In this document: in pieces, positions 14,508-27,124 of the stretch
Layout of the letters: the number at the start of each line of letters is the position of its first letter
How positions within the stretch are numbered: the first letter of the stretch is position 1
Assembly (NCBI GenBank): GCA_050230475.1
Contig: JBFLGF010000177.1
Span: forward strand, 1-64,000
From: Ancylonema sp.
Taxonomy: Eukaryota
Direction: 5' to 3'
Length of the DNA: 64,000 bases
The notes under the pieces: model-generated
What the model saw: the letters and a program-made list of their open reading frames with translations, nothing else
Told to the model about the DNA's origin: nothing
Database searches by the model: none
Program-made: the position numbers and the translations under genes

Positions 14508-16146
14508 TGACGTGCCAAATGAGTCGGCAGACAGCCCGTCGACGAAATCTCTCAAAAACAAAGAAATCGACAGATTGTGGAAAAAGCTGCAAACCATGAC
14601 TTTTATATTTTTCTTCGTCGATGAAAATGACTGATGATACTTGATGTCTTGGCTGCTTGTCTGGGTGAGCAGCATCAGAATTGCGCTTTGGGTCATCATC
14701 TGGATCTCATTGAGTAGTTTGGTGTAGGTTGTGTCCCTACTGACAATACAAGAATGTAATTCAGGTACTGTATGTGACTTATCGACGAGGTTTGCCGTAG
14801 CTGAGATGCACTCAACGCGTAGTGTTGGGAGGTCTTGAAAACAACACTAAGGTTAATCAAGAATCGCAGATTACAACACTTCACAACAAGTGACAGCTAC
14901 TGGTAATAGGACTCAAGGTAGATAGGTATAGAATTTCCACAAGGGTTGCAGAATGATGGATGAGTGGTTGCGTCAGGATACACACGCAATATTGGTTAAG
15001 ATATCAAGCGTTCTCGTGAATGAATCGATTCACTAGATCGGGAACGGGTGCAGGAAATTCAAAGGGTGAATTGTTTGGTTGAGCTCGCAGGAAACGGTGT
15101 AGCGAATTCGTAACGATTTCTGACGTCGGCAAACCGGCTGGCAATCAAAAACGTCCAAGGGTCACGATTTTGCAGGGGTAACGATAATTTTGACTACGGC
15201 AAAATTTCACACGATGCGTATGCAAAACGGCACACGTCTTTTCAATTACTTGGGATGCGACAGCACGCACAAGCAAACGAGTAATTTCGCAAAACTTACG
15301 GTTGAATGAAACAACGCGAAGTTAGCAAAAAATCGCAGAGAATATCGAAGGCGAAAAGGCACACTTGATAAAGATAGTAGACGATTTTAGAATACAAGAA
15401 TTCACAGAGATTGCAACAGGATGACGATTGCAATAAGGTTGTTGAAATTCAGACAGCGTAAACAGATAACGGAAGTTGGCAGTTCAGAAAGCGACTTAGG
15501 CTTTAGTACAATCGACGCGCCGTTTCGCAGGCGGAGCAATCTAGATCTTATCTAGATCTAAGGCTGATAACAAATATCGACTAGACAGCTAATCGTGACT
15601 GCCTTTTCTGGAGTTATAGATTTTACACGTGCGACAACTCACTAGCCAGGCTGGCTGACTAAAATAATGCTCGGCGCGCACCGTGAATCTACTAACTCGT
15701 CGATACGACAAAATACTTTTAATTGAAATTTAAAAAGTGGTACACCGAATTTTTTAGATTCACTGAGTATAACAAAATTATCAAACTAGGCGTCTGAGTG
15801 ATCGAAATTCATATAACGACAGAGTTCGATATAACGACTAAAAATCGACAATTACCAAAATTTCTATTTTTCAAGCGGATCGACGATGAAAAAGACTTTA
15901 TTTTCTAACGATCTCTAGCGGCATGATAGTTGACGTGCCAGATGGAGTCGGCAGACCACCGGTCGACGAAATCTCTAAAAAATAAAGAAATCGACAGATT
16001 TTGGAAAAATCTGCAAAACATGACTTTTTATATTTTTCTTCGTCGATGAAAATGACGGATGATACTTGATGCCTTGACCGCTTGTCTGGGTGAGCAGCAT
16101 CAAGATTGGGCTTTGGGTCATCATGTGGATCTCACTCCCCCCCCCC
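14508..16146 (-). mobile_element. Retroelement 3' terminal region (minus strand): PPT (16135-16146), B1 (15931-16134), A (14710-15928), B2 (14508-14709)
   Basis: ~200-bp direct repeat reading TGAGATCC...GGCACGTCA on minus, twice. G-rich tract directly before B1. Segment A is homologous to 38924-39500. Confidence 0.8.
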
Positions 16147-16441
16147 ATTTACGAAAGCTGGTGACTGTATCACGACCTTGGAATCTATGTCGTCGTGTAC
16201 AAAGGTTCACGTTTAATGAAGGCGCAGGCATCATATATGACGAATGGAATGGCTCGTTCTCAAAGGTGTAATCGTGATTAAGAGAATATAAACATCACCA
16301 AGAATCTGTATATGCGTTGACTGCGTACTCCTCAGTCATGTTTCAGACGAGCATGTCGGTCTTGTCGATTCATGCCGTCGTTTGGAAGAAAATAATGTTA
16401 TCACGATTGATGTTCATGCAGGCCAATAGCATTCTACACCG

Positions 16442-16480
16442 CCCATCCGCCCATCCGCCCATCCGCCCATCCGCCCATCC
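16442..16480. repeat. (CCCATCCG)x5 tandem repeat
   Basis: Read directly. Confidence 0.9.
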
Positions 16481-18082
16481 CCTTTTCTAGCCTGACATCA
16501 TGGGCTGTATCAAAGGCATGTAAGTACTATGTCTCAAATTGAAAGTATCTTTCTGCTCGCTGATGGTGTCTGTACTGTCAGCGACAGCTCCTGAGTAGAT
16601 CCCAAGCAGTACATCACTGCCGATAAGTCAACAACGCGATCATGCTTCCATTCAATCCCTTCGGCTTACTAGCACAGATCCAACTCGGTATCCTATAAGT
16701 ATCCTAGAAAACACCGTATATATCTTGGTGCAGATTAATATGCTTCTGCTGCTGCATTGCACTGCAAAGCATTGAGGGCATTGGGGACTACTTGTGCTGC
16801 CCGCTGTTGCTGCTGCGGAGGTGATCTGGAATGATTGGTGGAGGAAAGGGAGTATTTTGGCAATGCCTCCAGGATAGGCTGTGGAGTACCGTCAGCCTCC
16901 TGCTTTGTGTAGTTCGTGAGGGGAACTTTAGTACGGGAGGCAGGTATGTTGAGCTGCGCCAGCCTGTTTGCCATGAATGGCGGTTTTCGCCAATGTTAGC
17001 ACCGATGAGTTGTATCTATTTTGATAACGTGTGGTAGTACTAGGAGCATGGAAGTCAATTGTGATTATTACACTAGAGGACATGGCTGTAGCTTTAACAT
17101 CAGGAATGGCATCAGACCTCCCGTCTCTATGCCATCTTCAGCTGAAGCTCTTTAGATTCAAACAACATGCGATGGTGCTAAATACTCTCAGGACATTCAA
17201 ACTTAACCTCATACATGTGTGTTATGTAATCGTGGTGATGCAATGCGATATATTTCTATGTATGAAGTACTATGGTGTGTTATGTGACTGTGGTGATGCA
17301 ATGCGGTATATTTCTATGCATGAAGTAGGTCAGACACGGTTCTATTACTGTCGTAAATCCATAACTGGTTTGCTCATATTTACAGCTCCGAACCCGTGAC
17401 CGAACCAAATCATGTATCAAACAAGATTGATGATGACTTAGAAACTTGACGGTCATTCTTAGGTTCTTTCAGCGAATCAATATTGCGATATGCATTTTCA
17501 TGGTGAAGGTTCCCAAAAGTGCAAGCACCGCCATCACATCAACATCACAATAAAAAAAATCATAAACATGATCGTTATCTACCATAAGCCACCGTTGACA
17601 AAAACATCACAAATGTGGACCAAAATATATTGAAACAGCCTGGAATACCAAGGAGATATCATGTCATAGCCTTGTGGTTATTCCTGGAGTGGGGTAGAGA
17701 TTCAAAAGACTTGCACACTTCACAAACCAAGTACTCAAAATTAAAATAAAATATTGAGGGACTTGTTGTACTGTTCTCTCACGACAGTTGGCTTCTACAT
17801 GTCTTTAGTCCCCACAAATCATATCACAACTATTTTTGTGAGTACATTGTGTAGGAGGACACAAGACTGATCAGTACCAATCTGGCTAGGACATTAACTG
17901 CAGAAGCCATGTCGGATATGTGTAATCAACCACAGTCCAAACACACACATCTACATCATACTGGGAGCATCGGAAGGTTTGTTGTGTTTTGCAAACATAC
18001 ACACATCACCCCAGAATCTCCTTGCATACCAACCTATCGCCACCACAAAGATACCAACTGCGTCAAAAAACTTCTACTATCT

Positions 18083-21000
18083 CTATGTCAGCATCTTGAT
18101 GCCAGGGAAGGAAGGACGGATGGTCATGAGAGGATCGGCGAAACCGACGGGATCTGCACTGGCACAGAGAAGAGAGTCGGCTTTCAGAGGTTCTGCTTCA
18201 AGATTGGTGTTTCATATCATTCAGCTGATCCATGGAAGGTGAGGCCCCGGATCTGACGATCAATGCTTGGACAAAATCAGATACAAGGAGAAGTAAAAAC
18301 AATATATAAATAAATTCATTAATTCACCTCCATCTTCCACTAGGAAGCTGACCACCTCGCCAGCATGCTCCGACTGCGCAACACACATGATTACATCCAT
18401 CAGAATGTACAAACATATTCGCACATGCTCGCTCTGTGTTTCAACTGCAGACGCAGGCCCATTCTTGGTTCTGAATTCACCGGATTTGTTTCTCCATCCC
18501 TGCCATTAAAAACTGAAATCAGGCAGCGGAATCCAAACCATTGGGCTGTAGGTCCGCAGAAAAACATGGGGAAACCGACAGCTTATTCCCAGAGAAAGAA
18601 TGATTGTTTACCTCTACAGCGAGTTGTGTCCCCAACTGCTCCAAATACGACGTGACTTGGCCCACTTTGATGACTGAGCCCTGCACCCACACAGACCCCA
18701 TACGACTCAGACCACAGTACAGTAAAACCTGTCCTAATTAATACTCTGCTACTTAATAATCTGTCTTTTTCGATATAAAATGTTTCGCCGACTTTCGGGT
18801 GATCACCCAAAATCTGACGCGATGATTGATAACCTGTCTAAATTAATATGTTTTTCCCAGTTCCAGGTATCTATTAAGAGAGGTGAAAGTGTACTCCAAA
18901 AAATCGCCTTGGGAGCTACTAAAAGGACTCCTGATTTCAGAAAGACGAGGACCTGAAGCTCTGAAAGGCTTCCGTATCTTCACAGCTAAACAAGCATATC
19001 AAACCGCCTATCAAACAGGTCCCAGAGGCGTCCTACCTCATTCACCATCGGCTTCCCTTGAGACCCTTTCAACGAGCGACCTCTCCTGAAGATGCCGACC
19101 TGGAAGACACAAAAACGGACTTTGGTTCAGGTTAGGAGGCACGTGATGATGAGATCCCGGACCTGCACCTTCATATCTCTATGTGCTGTGGGGGAGGCCT
19201 ACATCTAGAAGGTCACCTAGTCACAGGCTGGCGTCCTTTTTAAGAGCCACCCCTTGTGAAGGCGCACCCTTCTCAAAAGCAAGTAGGGTTTCGTGATTTC
19301 AATATGTATACATGCCACCCTCTGTTAGGGCACACCCTCTTTATAGGCACCAGAACAACCGCAATCAAACGGGTGCCTAAAAAGACAGAGGACGGTCTAA
19401 GACAGTCTAAGAAACTGTGACCTGAAAACGCATGCCATGGCAAGCATAGAGAAGTACAGGTACGTGATGCAAACTTCAGCCATGCATCACATGAAAACCC
19501 CCAGTCGTCTACCTACCCATTCCTGCCACTGTAATCCCCGCCCTTCACTTCAGCGAAAAGTGATCATTTTTCTTCCTACTTATCACTCTGCCTTGATCAT
19601 TGAATGCGGGCTCACCTTCGGGGACGTCACATACAGAAGCCCCTCATCAATGTCTCCATCTCCGTGCTCCACCTTCTTGGAGGGGGCAGCGGCAGTGGGG
19701 GCTGGCGGGGCGGCAATTTCATCGATCATAGGTCTGCTGGGGACGGGCGGGGCTAGAGGCGCCTCTACGGAACTCCTTCCCTTCCCGCCAACATCTCTCT
19801 TCACGTGCAGAACAAAGCTGCCCATCTGCTTGAGCGATGGGGGGGGGTATCAGAAATCCAGGCTGGCCGTCCAGTGAAACGGAAGTCAAGAAACGAGAAA
19901 CGAGAATGTGTTTCCGTTATAAGTTAGGGTGCCTGCTTTTCAAAGCAACGGTGGGGACTGTTGATTCAGGAAAGGGATGCAGTGGAAGGTTTCGAAGGAC
20001 TACAGAGGCTGACTTGGTAGTTGGAGATGGTGGATTATTTTATTTTATTTTAAACAGAATGGTGACTGCGATTTCAATGCACCATAGACTGAGGTTCTCC
20101 CCATCAACTCCCATGCAGCACCTATCACCTTCAGACGCAGCTCCGCAATCTTCGTCTCATCGCAGAGCTCCATGAGAAGAGACTGGACCTGTCAGCAGAG
20201 GACAGGATAGGCAGAAAATATGAAACTGGAGCACTGGTCTACCTGATACTGGTCCACACTCTCCGATGTATATCACGTGATGGAGGTTGAGAGGTTGTAG
20301 ATCACATGCATATAGCACGGCGTTCACTATTTACTGGTTCACTATCTACTGGTCCACTATCTACTATCTACTGGTTCACTTTCTACTGGTTCGCTATCTA
20401 CTACCTACTGGTTCACTATCTACTACCTACTGGTTCACTATCTACTGGTTCACTATCTACTTGTTCACTCTCTACTATCTACACGGTGTTCCTGTGAACT
20501 TTCCACCACTGCAGCCCTTGGTCGCTCTCTTCTTAAAACCAATCGAAATGGACAACCATGGCACCCTTTCAGGTGCCATCCGCCTTTGCCCCAGCTTCCA
20601 GAAGCAAAGCTGTGTGTATGTCAACACCCGTCTACTCGGAAAAGCAAGTGCACACGCATGCGCTTTGCTTTGAATGGATATGAATGCAGCACTGGACGCC
20701 GTTTCCAAGCTCCTTTTGCCCGACAGTCTCATCCGCAAGACTTTTGGAATCAAAGGAGACTGCGAGAGTCCGACACACACTAGAGTACCTCATTTTTTTT
20801 TGAAGGGCAGCAGTAGGAATCACATTATTGAGTATGTTATGCTCATTTGCCTGGGATATAAAATCGATGATTGATATAGCCCTTCAGGTTGGTGAGGGAC
20901 CTTTTGTTTTGTTTCAGGGAGCTATGAAGTCAACTGGTTTTTGGGTATCCTATTTTTCATTTCCAATCGCATGCTTCGGATCAAGCAGGCTGTACCTCGA

Positions 21001-21747
21001 ACGCATTAGGCGCCAAAGAATCGTCCTCCTCTCCATCATCGTTATCAAGATCTTCCTCGGTACTGGTCAGCTCTCCCTCGCTTCCCTCCAACTGAGATAC
21101 GCTGGCAGCTTCTGCGACCATGGACTAAATTAATTTTGAGAATTTGAAGGTACGGACTCTCGGAACGACTAAACGAGAATGAAGAAGGTGGTTGGAATGG
21201 CGGAATCAGTGAAATCACTCATCAGGGAAACCTCAGATTCTGGCGTATATTCTCATCGGCCCCTCATACCCTTGGTTGCGGCACTCGAAACCACGTGAAG
21301 TTGCCTTCTCTGGAAAGAAATTTGGGTATTCGTACGCGATCGCTTCAGCAGAGCGACTCCAGGCGCCCATCTGGAAGTTGTAATGCGGCTGGTTCTGGTG
21401 GCTTGTACTGTTGTCAAAGCTGCGGGACCAGCACGGCGAGGTAGTTACCAATGTAAGCACAGAAGCTGCTGTTGAACTTAGTAGAAAACGATGCAGCCAA
21501 GGGATGATTGTCGAGGAAAATGATGTATCATCTGCTGTCTTCCTTTATATCAATTTCCCTGATGTATCTTTTTCAGCCATATCACACGTCAGCTTCAGTA
21601 TCCAGATTTCTACATCAGAGAGCTGAGGAGCGAATGCTTAGAGGCGAGACCGGAATTGGTGAATTTCCGCAAATATTTTCCTTGCACGGGCATTCATGAA
21701 CATGTGACCGCTTGCATACCTGAAATTCCTCCAACCGCAACCGCCAT
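18083..21747 (-). CDS. BADC: BADC: biotin/lipoyl attachment domain protein (non-biotinylated BCCP-like partner of plastid ACCase), 9 exons, ~270 aa
   Basis: Exons 21747-21720, 21419-21270, 21111-20996, 20188-20129, 19825-19616, 19099-19037, 18680-18612, 18373-18328, 18153-18083 (813 nt, all GT-AG, phases consistent). LAPNAFEVQSLLMELCDETKIAELRLKMGSFVLHVKRDVG..APPVPSRPM..VTSPKVGIFRRGRS..GQVTSYLEQLGTQLAVESEHAGEVV..DGDPVGFADPLMTIRPSFPGIK. EQLG replaces EAMK. Confidence 0.92.
18718..18860 (+). mobile_element. Tc1/mariner-pogo-like MITE remnant in BADC intron 6
   Basis: TA-CAGTAAAACCTGTCCTAATTAATA start. Contains the CGGGT..TCACCCAAAATCTGAC..ATAACCTG motif also seen at 36111 and 49058. Confidence 0.5.
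20324..20480. repeat. Tandem repeat, ~15-bp unit TACTGGTTCACTATC, in BADC intron 3
   Basis: About 9 degenerate copies, read directly. Confidence 0.85.
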
Positions 21748-22446
21748 GCTGTACGACATTCCCAATGCGCTCCTCCCAACTACTCAACACCGTCGTACAA
21801 TTTACCCCAGTCTCTCTCAAATGACGCTGTGATCGGGTCACTCTTTACTACAGCGTAGACCTTCACTATATATCTGTAATTTAGCTGCTCAACCGACAAC
21901 AGGGTGCTTTCTAGTACTCGTGCTTGACTCCTGTATTCCGGTACCGTTATATTTTTCTTGTAACAGCACTGCTCGAAAATTGGGCGAAAATTGGCTTCAC
22001 TTCACACGAGTCAAAGTACTGAGAGCGAATCACGTGCTCCCTCCCCGGCGCAAAGTAGTCCAGCCTGGCATCGCGTGACCTATCGAAACGTCGCAAGACC
22101 CGTGGAGAGATGATATGCCAGGTGTTCGAACGTGACACGATGAACTACAGAGCGGTTACCATGACTATTGGAAAACCGCGGTGCCGTGGTTGGAGTTTCC
22201 GCTCTCGTTACATCGAGGGACAACGTTTTCACGCCCCGTTGCAGACGAATGATCGTTGACATCTGTAGATTTTGGTCAACGCCGCAAAGTACTACGACAC
22301 GTAAGCAGTTCACGCTGCCGAGTAAGCTCCCTCGTTTGTTCGCGCAAGTAGTGCTTTATCTCTTCTTGGCTCCATGGCTCTGGACACAAATTCCGCGAGC
22401 CTCCAAAGGGGAGCTGTAGGCAGAAGCTTATATTTTCGAGTTCACG
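21748..22446. promoter_or_regulatory. Putative bidirectional promoter between BADC and the transaldolase-like gene
   Basis: Divergent ATGs ~700 bp apart. TATATATA-like box at ~21867-21873 upstream of BADC. G-box CACGTG at ~22031. Confidence 0.5.
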
Positions 22447-25400
22447 ATGGCGTCTTACGCTACACTTGCATCGAGTATTCCAGCGGAGGGACTTTTCAAC
22501 AACACCTCACGTCTCCAGCAGGCAAGATTACGAGTGGGAATTCCTCGACCACTTATAGTTTTTTGCAATTGTGAGTCGAAGCGCCCGCATTTTTTCTTTC
22601 GAAAAATAAATTGAATGTATTTATTTTTCAATGATTGCATTTTTTATTTGACTTAGTTGATTAACACTGCAGGAATGCTCGTTGTGTCAGGAACTTGGGG
22701 TTTTTTCTACTCAAAACATCCAGAGGCGTCTGACAACGTCACTGTTCCTGGCCAAAGTTCCATATGTTCTGAAAAGACGAAGTGGAGAATATTCGGTCAA
22801 GCGAACCCGAGTGGTCTCCGTACATGCGTCTGTGGCAACAGGTGCTCGCTCTAAATTCATCTGGTAGTCTAAATGTCGCACAATCTTCTCAGAAACGTCA
22901 TGCGTACGTTTCGTACGACCTATTAAATTTGTGGGACTGAACATTCGCGACGTAACTTTGGACGCAGAGCTGTGTAAGATATTGCGAGTGCATTACACAT
23001 ATGGTCCTCTTTTCAGAATGGGGAGATTGGCTGCAAATGTGCTCTGCGCGTAGCTATCTAGAGGCTCGTCACACGGACCCTATCGTGTTTTCGTCATTTT
23101 TTTTCTCTGCTTGACGTGCTATTCGCATTACGCTGTGATTCTTATATCTACATCTCATGCTTCATGTGGTGGCAGCTGGACAGACAGAGCTCATAACGGG
23201 GCAGACAGAGCTGGACGCCGTCTCAGCATTCAGCGAAATTGTACCGGACACTGTGATAGCGGATGATTTCCAGAGGTTTCCGCCCACTGCAGCTACCGTC
23301 AGTTTCTCATTTCTTCTCGGCATCACCTCGCTCCCGGAGGCAAAGTATGACGTAAGTTCGTTTCTTTAGTCAAACATTGCCAGCTCCTCACCGATGAGTA
23401 ATATGCCTATCCGGAAGTCGTAATGCTACTCTGGAAGACTCTGCCCATTCACGTCAGGTAATGCTGTCTTGTTGGATGAGCTATGGCCTAGACTGATGGC
23501 TACCTCGTCTGGATACATCCGACTCCAATTCACTTCATGACTGTTGCATCATATGTGTTTTCCTCCATACAGAGCGCGATAGAGAGTGCTCTGGCATATG
23601 GAAAATGCATGCTTGAGGAAGCGGGAGGCAGTCGCATGTCCTGCTTTGTGGATAAGGTTCGTTATACCACCAGACTCTCATTCCTGCACCATGTCAACGA
23701 TTGCTGCCAAATCTCCGATATCTATCAAAGTATCTCTAGCTCTCACTTTCTGATATCGTGGCAATGTTGCTTGTTGCTTGATAAGTAAATTCGTCCAAAG
23801 CAATCATCCTGTGGACATTCTGTGTCGCTACACTGCATTCAGTGCCTTCGTACCGACGATGTTGACTTTGTCGAGTACGAATGATGACATTGACTTTGTC
23901 AACTACGAATGATGACAGGCTCTTGTCAACGTCGGAGCGGAGCTATCCAGGGAAGTGCCAGGGCGTGTGTCGACAGAGATTGATGCCCGACTGGCAAACG
24001 ACAGCGAGGCCATCATCAGACAGGTACGTTGCAAGCCACACTACTCTGGAGAGCTAGTCATTCATTTGCTTGAATGGTGTGTCGATCAGTTAGCTTCATT
24101 CTGGCGTTGCTGACCTATTGAGCGGAGACCGCATAACTGTTGAGTGACTGACTGAGTTGGAGGAGGTGGTGTCATTATGTGTACACCCCCGGGGCTGTCC
24201 AGGAGTTTAGAGGACATTCAGAACTGCAGGGTTTGTTGCGGTTGCTGCTATCTGTATGTTCATGGAAAGTAGAACTGGCGCTGTGTCCCACAAATGCTGC
24301 ATTGTAAGAGCTGTAGGCATCTTGGTAAATCTTCTGTCTTCTGTTGGCCAGGACCCCAGAAGATTCCTGCTCTGATTTTGCTGGCCAAAAAGCCAGGCAT
24401 CTCATTATGTACAGGGGTCATTCTTTGCGAGTCAAGTCGTGCTTATGCATGCGTTGTGAGTCTGTTCCATCCAGGTCCGATCTCTCCTCCATCTGTACAA
24501 CGAGGTCGACGTGGCACCGCAGCGACTCCTCTTCAAGATACCGGCCACGTGGCAAGTAAGCAGATGTCGTTTTTGCCCCCGAAAAATTGTCCAAATAGCC
24601 TCTGATTGCTCGTCCTCTACAAGACTCCTACTCTCAACAGCTTTGCACCTTGTGTTCCATCATTGGCATGCGTACGCCTGAGAGGCAATCAGCTCTCCCC
24701 AACTGGGAAGGTTTGTATGTCCTTATCTGTTCTGGAGTTTTGACGGCTGTAGTGTGCTGTAGGTGTGGCTTCATTGGGGGATAGGCGGGAGGTCTGTATG
24801 GGGACAGGAACTCATCTTTGCGTGGTCTGTTTGAGCAGGGCATTGAGGCGGCAAGGCAGCTCGAAGCGGACGGTATTCAGACACATTTGACGGGTATCCA
24901 CAGGTGGTTTCCGTTCTGCTTCACCTTGAAAACAACGTTTTGACTAGAAACCTGCCTGCTTCCTGAGTCGCTACATTATACAGACGCAGCAGGAGCCGAC
25001 TGTGTTTGCACTCTTGACTGACATCATCTCCTGTGACCCATATTTGTACACAGGCCACATTTGGTACTATGGAGGATCTGAAGGAATCACATCTGTCTTT
25101 TGCTGTTTGGTCGATTCGACTTGATTTCGGTTGGTGAACTTAAGTCGGACTCAGACTCAAACTCAGACTCTCAATATAGGGCCGGCCACTGACCACCATC
25201 GTTTTCGTCCATCCTGTGCCCTCAGTTTTGCCCAGGCAGCAGCATGCTCTCAGGCTGCCGTGTCCGTCATCCAAATCTCACTCGCTCGCATCAGGGTAAG
25301 TGGGGGAGATCCCGGATACCTTTTTTTTTGTTTTACTTGCCAAGATGGGCTGGCGTTTTCCCAGATTCGACGAAAAAAGATGATCGGTAAACTCTACATC

Positions 25401-27124
25401 TTTCTTGTCAGATGCCATTCCTGGCAGAATACTACCCTGCTGCAAGTATGGATTTGCAGAAGATGTGATACAGAATGGTGTGCAGGTCATTGATTCGCAT
25501 GACCTCTGATGGTCCCTCCACCCAACTGCTAGGCCAGTACCTTCATTATTATGTTTATGTTCATGTTCATGTTCATGTTCATGGTTCCAAAGTATCAAAT
25601 TTCGTCCCGGTCTGTAGTTGTGCCCCTTCTTTGTTCTACGGCGCACTAACTCAGAGTCCTACCGTCCATCAGGAATGGGCGCGAGCCCATACTGGCGACG
25701 CTGACGTGGACGCAGCTGTCCGAGAAGGAAAGGACCCTGGAGTGGACCTGGTAAACAACTGAACTGCTTGACTGGAAACCTGTTCATGAGCGGGGTCTGG
25801 TCCCTAACAGAGTGCTAAAACCTTCGGGGATGTAGGAGGTATTGATGTGTAGAGTTACAGAAATGTAGGGCTTGTGTTTTGGGACCGGACACGGTCAGTT
25901 AGGTATCGACACGTCATTGTGGATGAAGGGTAGGCTGGCGACTGAAGTAGAGTTTGACATGTGGCAGGTCATCCGGGCGTCGGACCACATCTTCCGAAAC
26001 GGGCACAAGAGTATGATCATGGTCTCCAACATCCGAAATAAGGAGGATGTTTTCAACTTGCTCGGGTAAGACGTGACTTGTGACTTGTGGTCGGTCAACT
26101 GTTTTTGTAATAAAGGTCAATTGCTTGATATCATTACTGACCTTATTTTGGTACGGTGTTACGGTGTTTAATCTTTCTTTCTCTCTCTTGTGCCGATTTC
26201 AGCTGCACATAACGTCTCACAAACTGGTAGTAGATGTCCCTTCAGCTCAAACCGATATGACTTAGGAGTGGACGGTGACGATGTTGTGCCGCTTCCGCGG
26301 CAAGAGATTCAATGCCGTGAATACAGGAGTAATGTGAACCTGTGAAATACATGAATAATTAAATGAAAAAATGATTATGAATATGAACAATGAATAAATG
26401 TGAATACGGTAATGCGCTGTTTGATTACAGTGTTGTTGTCCCTCTGTTTGTTGTGCAGTGTGGACTATCTGGTGGTACCGGTAAAAGTTCTAAAGTCCCT
26501 CCAGGATTCACATGCAATGAACCAGAGCAAGTACCAACGACAGATCAAGGCAACAACTAGTGGCGCGGCAACTTCCAGCAAGGTCCATCTCTCTGCCACA
26601 TTTATGATTGTATGGGTGTTGTTAGTGATGGGTCTGGCAATAATATAATTTGTGTGCTATTGGTGTGTTGCGTTTATGGTTGTTGCTGCATGCGGTGTCA
26701 GATATTGAGGTTTCTAGATCTCCCAGACCGAGTGTTGCTTTCGGACAGGGCAGCAAACTGATTATGGTCAGTACTAGACTGACGGGAAGGGCAAGGTGTG
26801 CCAGCTGTCTGATTTTATTTGCAGATGTTGAATTTGCGATTGTCATGGTGATATTATTATTTGACGGGAGAAAGAGTTTGCGGCTTGCACTGAGATTCGG
26901 CGTGAGGTTTGAAGAAGTTGCTAACATAGTTACTATAGGATACTAAAATACAGAACACTGTTATTTGTTGTGCGTAGGTTGAAGTGTGGGATGAGAAGAA
27001 ATTCGCGAGTCAGGTGGGCGTTTGCGCCAAACAGTTGTTGGCTGCGGAGATAGATAGTGCAGTAGCCCAAACGTTGAGGTTGGAGGAGCATTTTACCAAA
27101 ATCTGGCCACCACCAAATGTGTAG
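22447..27124 (+). CDS. Plant transaldolase-like protein (aldolase TIM barrel; At1g12230-like from memory), 12 exons, ~423 aa
   Basis: Exons 22447-22521 (GC donor, less certain), 22673-22841, 23176-23351, 23573-23656, 23919-24023, 24475-24555, 24839-24903, 25226-25295, 25673-25750, 25968-26065, 26459-26582, 26978-27124. LDAVSAFSEIVPDT..FPPTAATVS..VPGRVSTEIDARLA..RLLFKIPATWQGIEAARQLE..SFAQAAACSQA..LLGVDY..KIWPPPNV*. Confidence 0.92.

Noticed and set aside
20324..20480. CRISPR-like periodic repeat
   Set aside because: Eukaryotic intron; head-to-tail 15-mers with no unique spacers.
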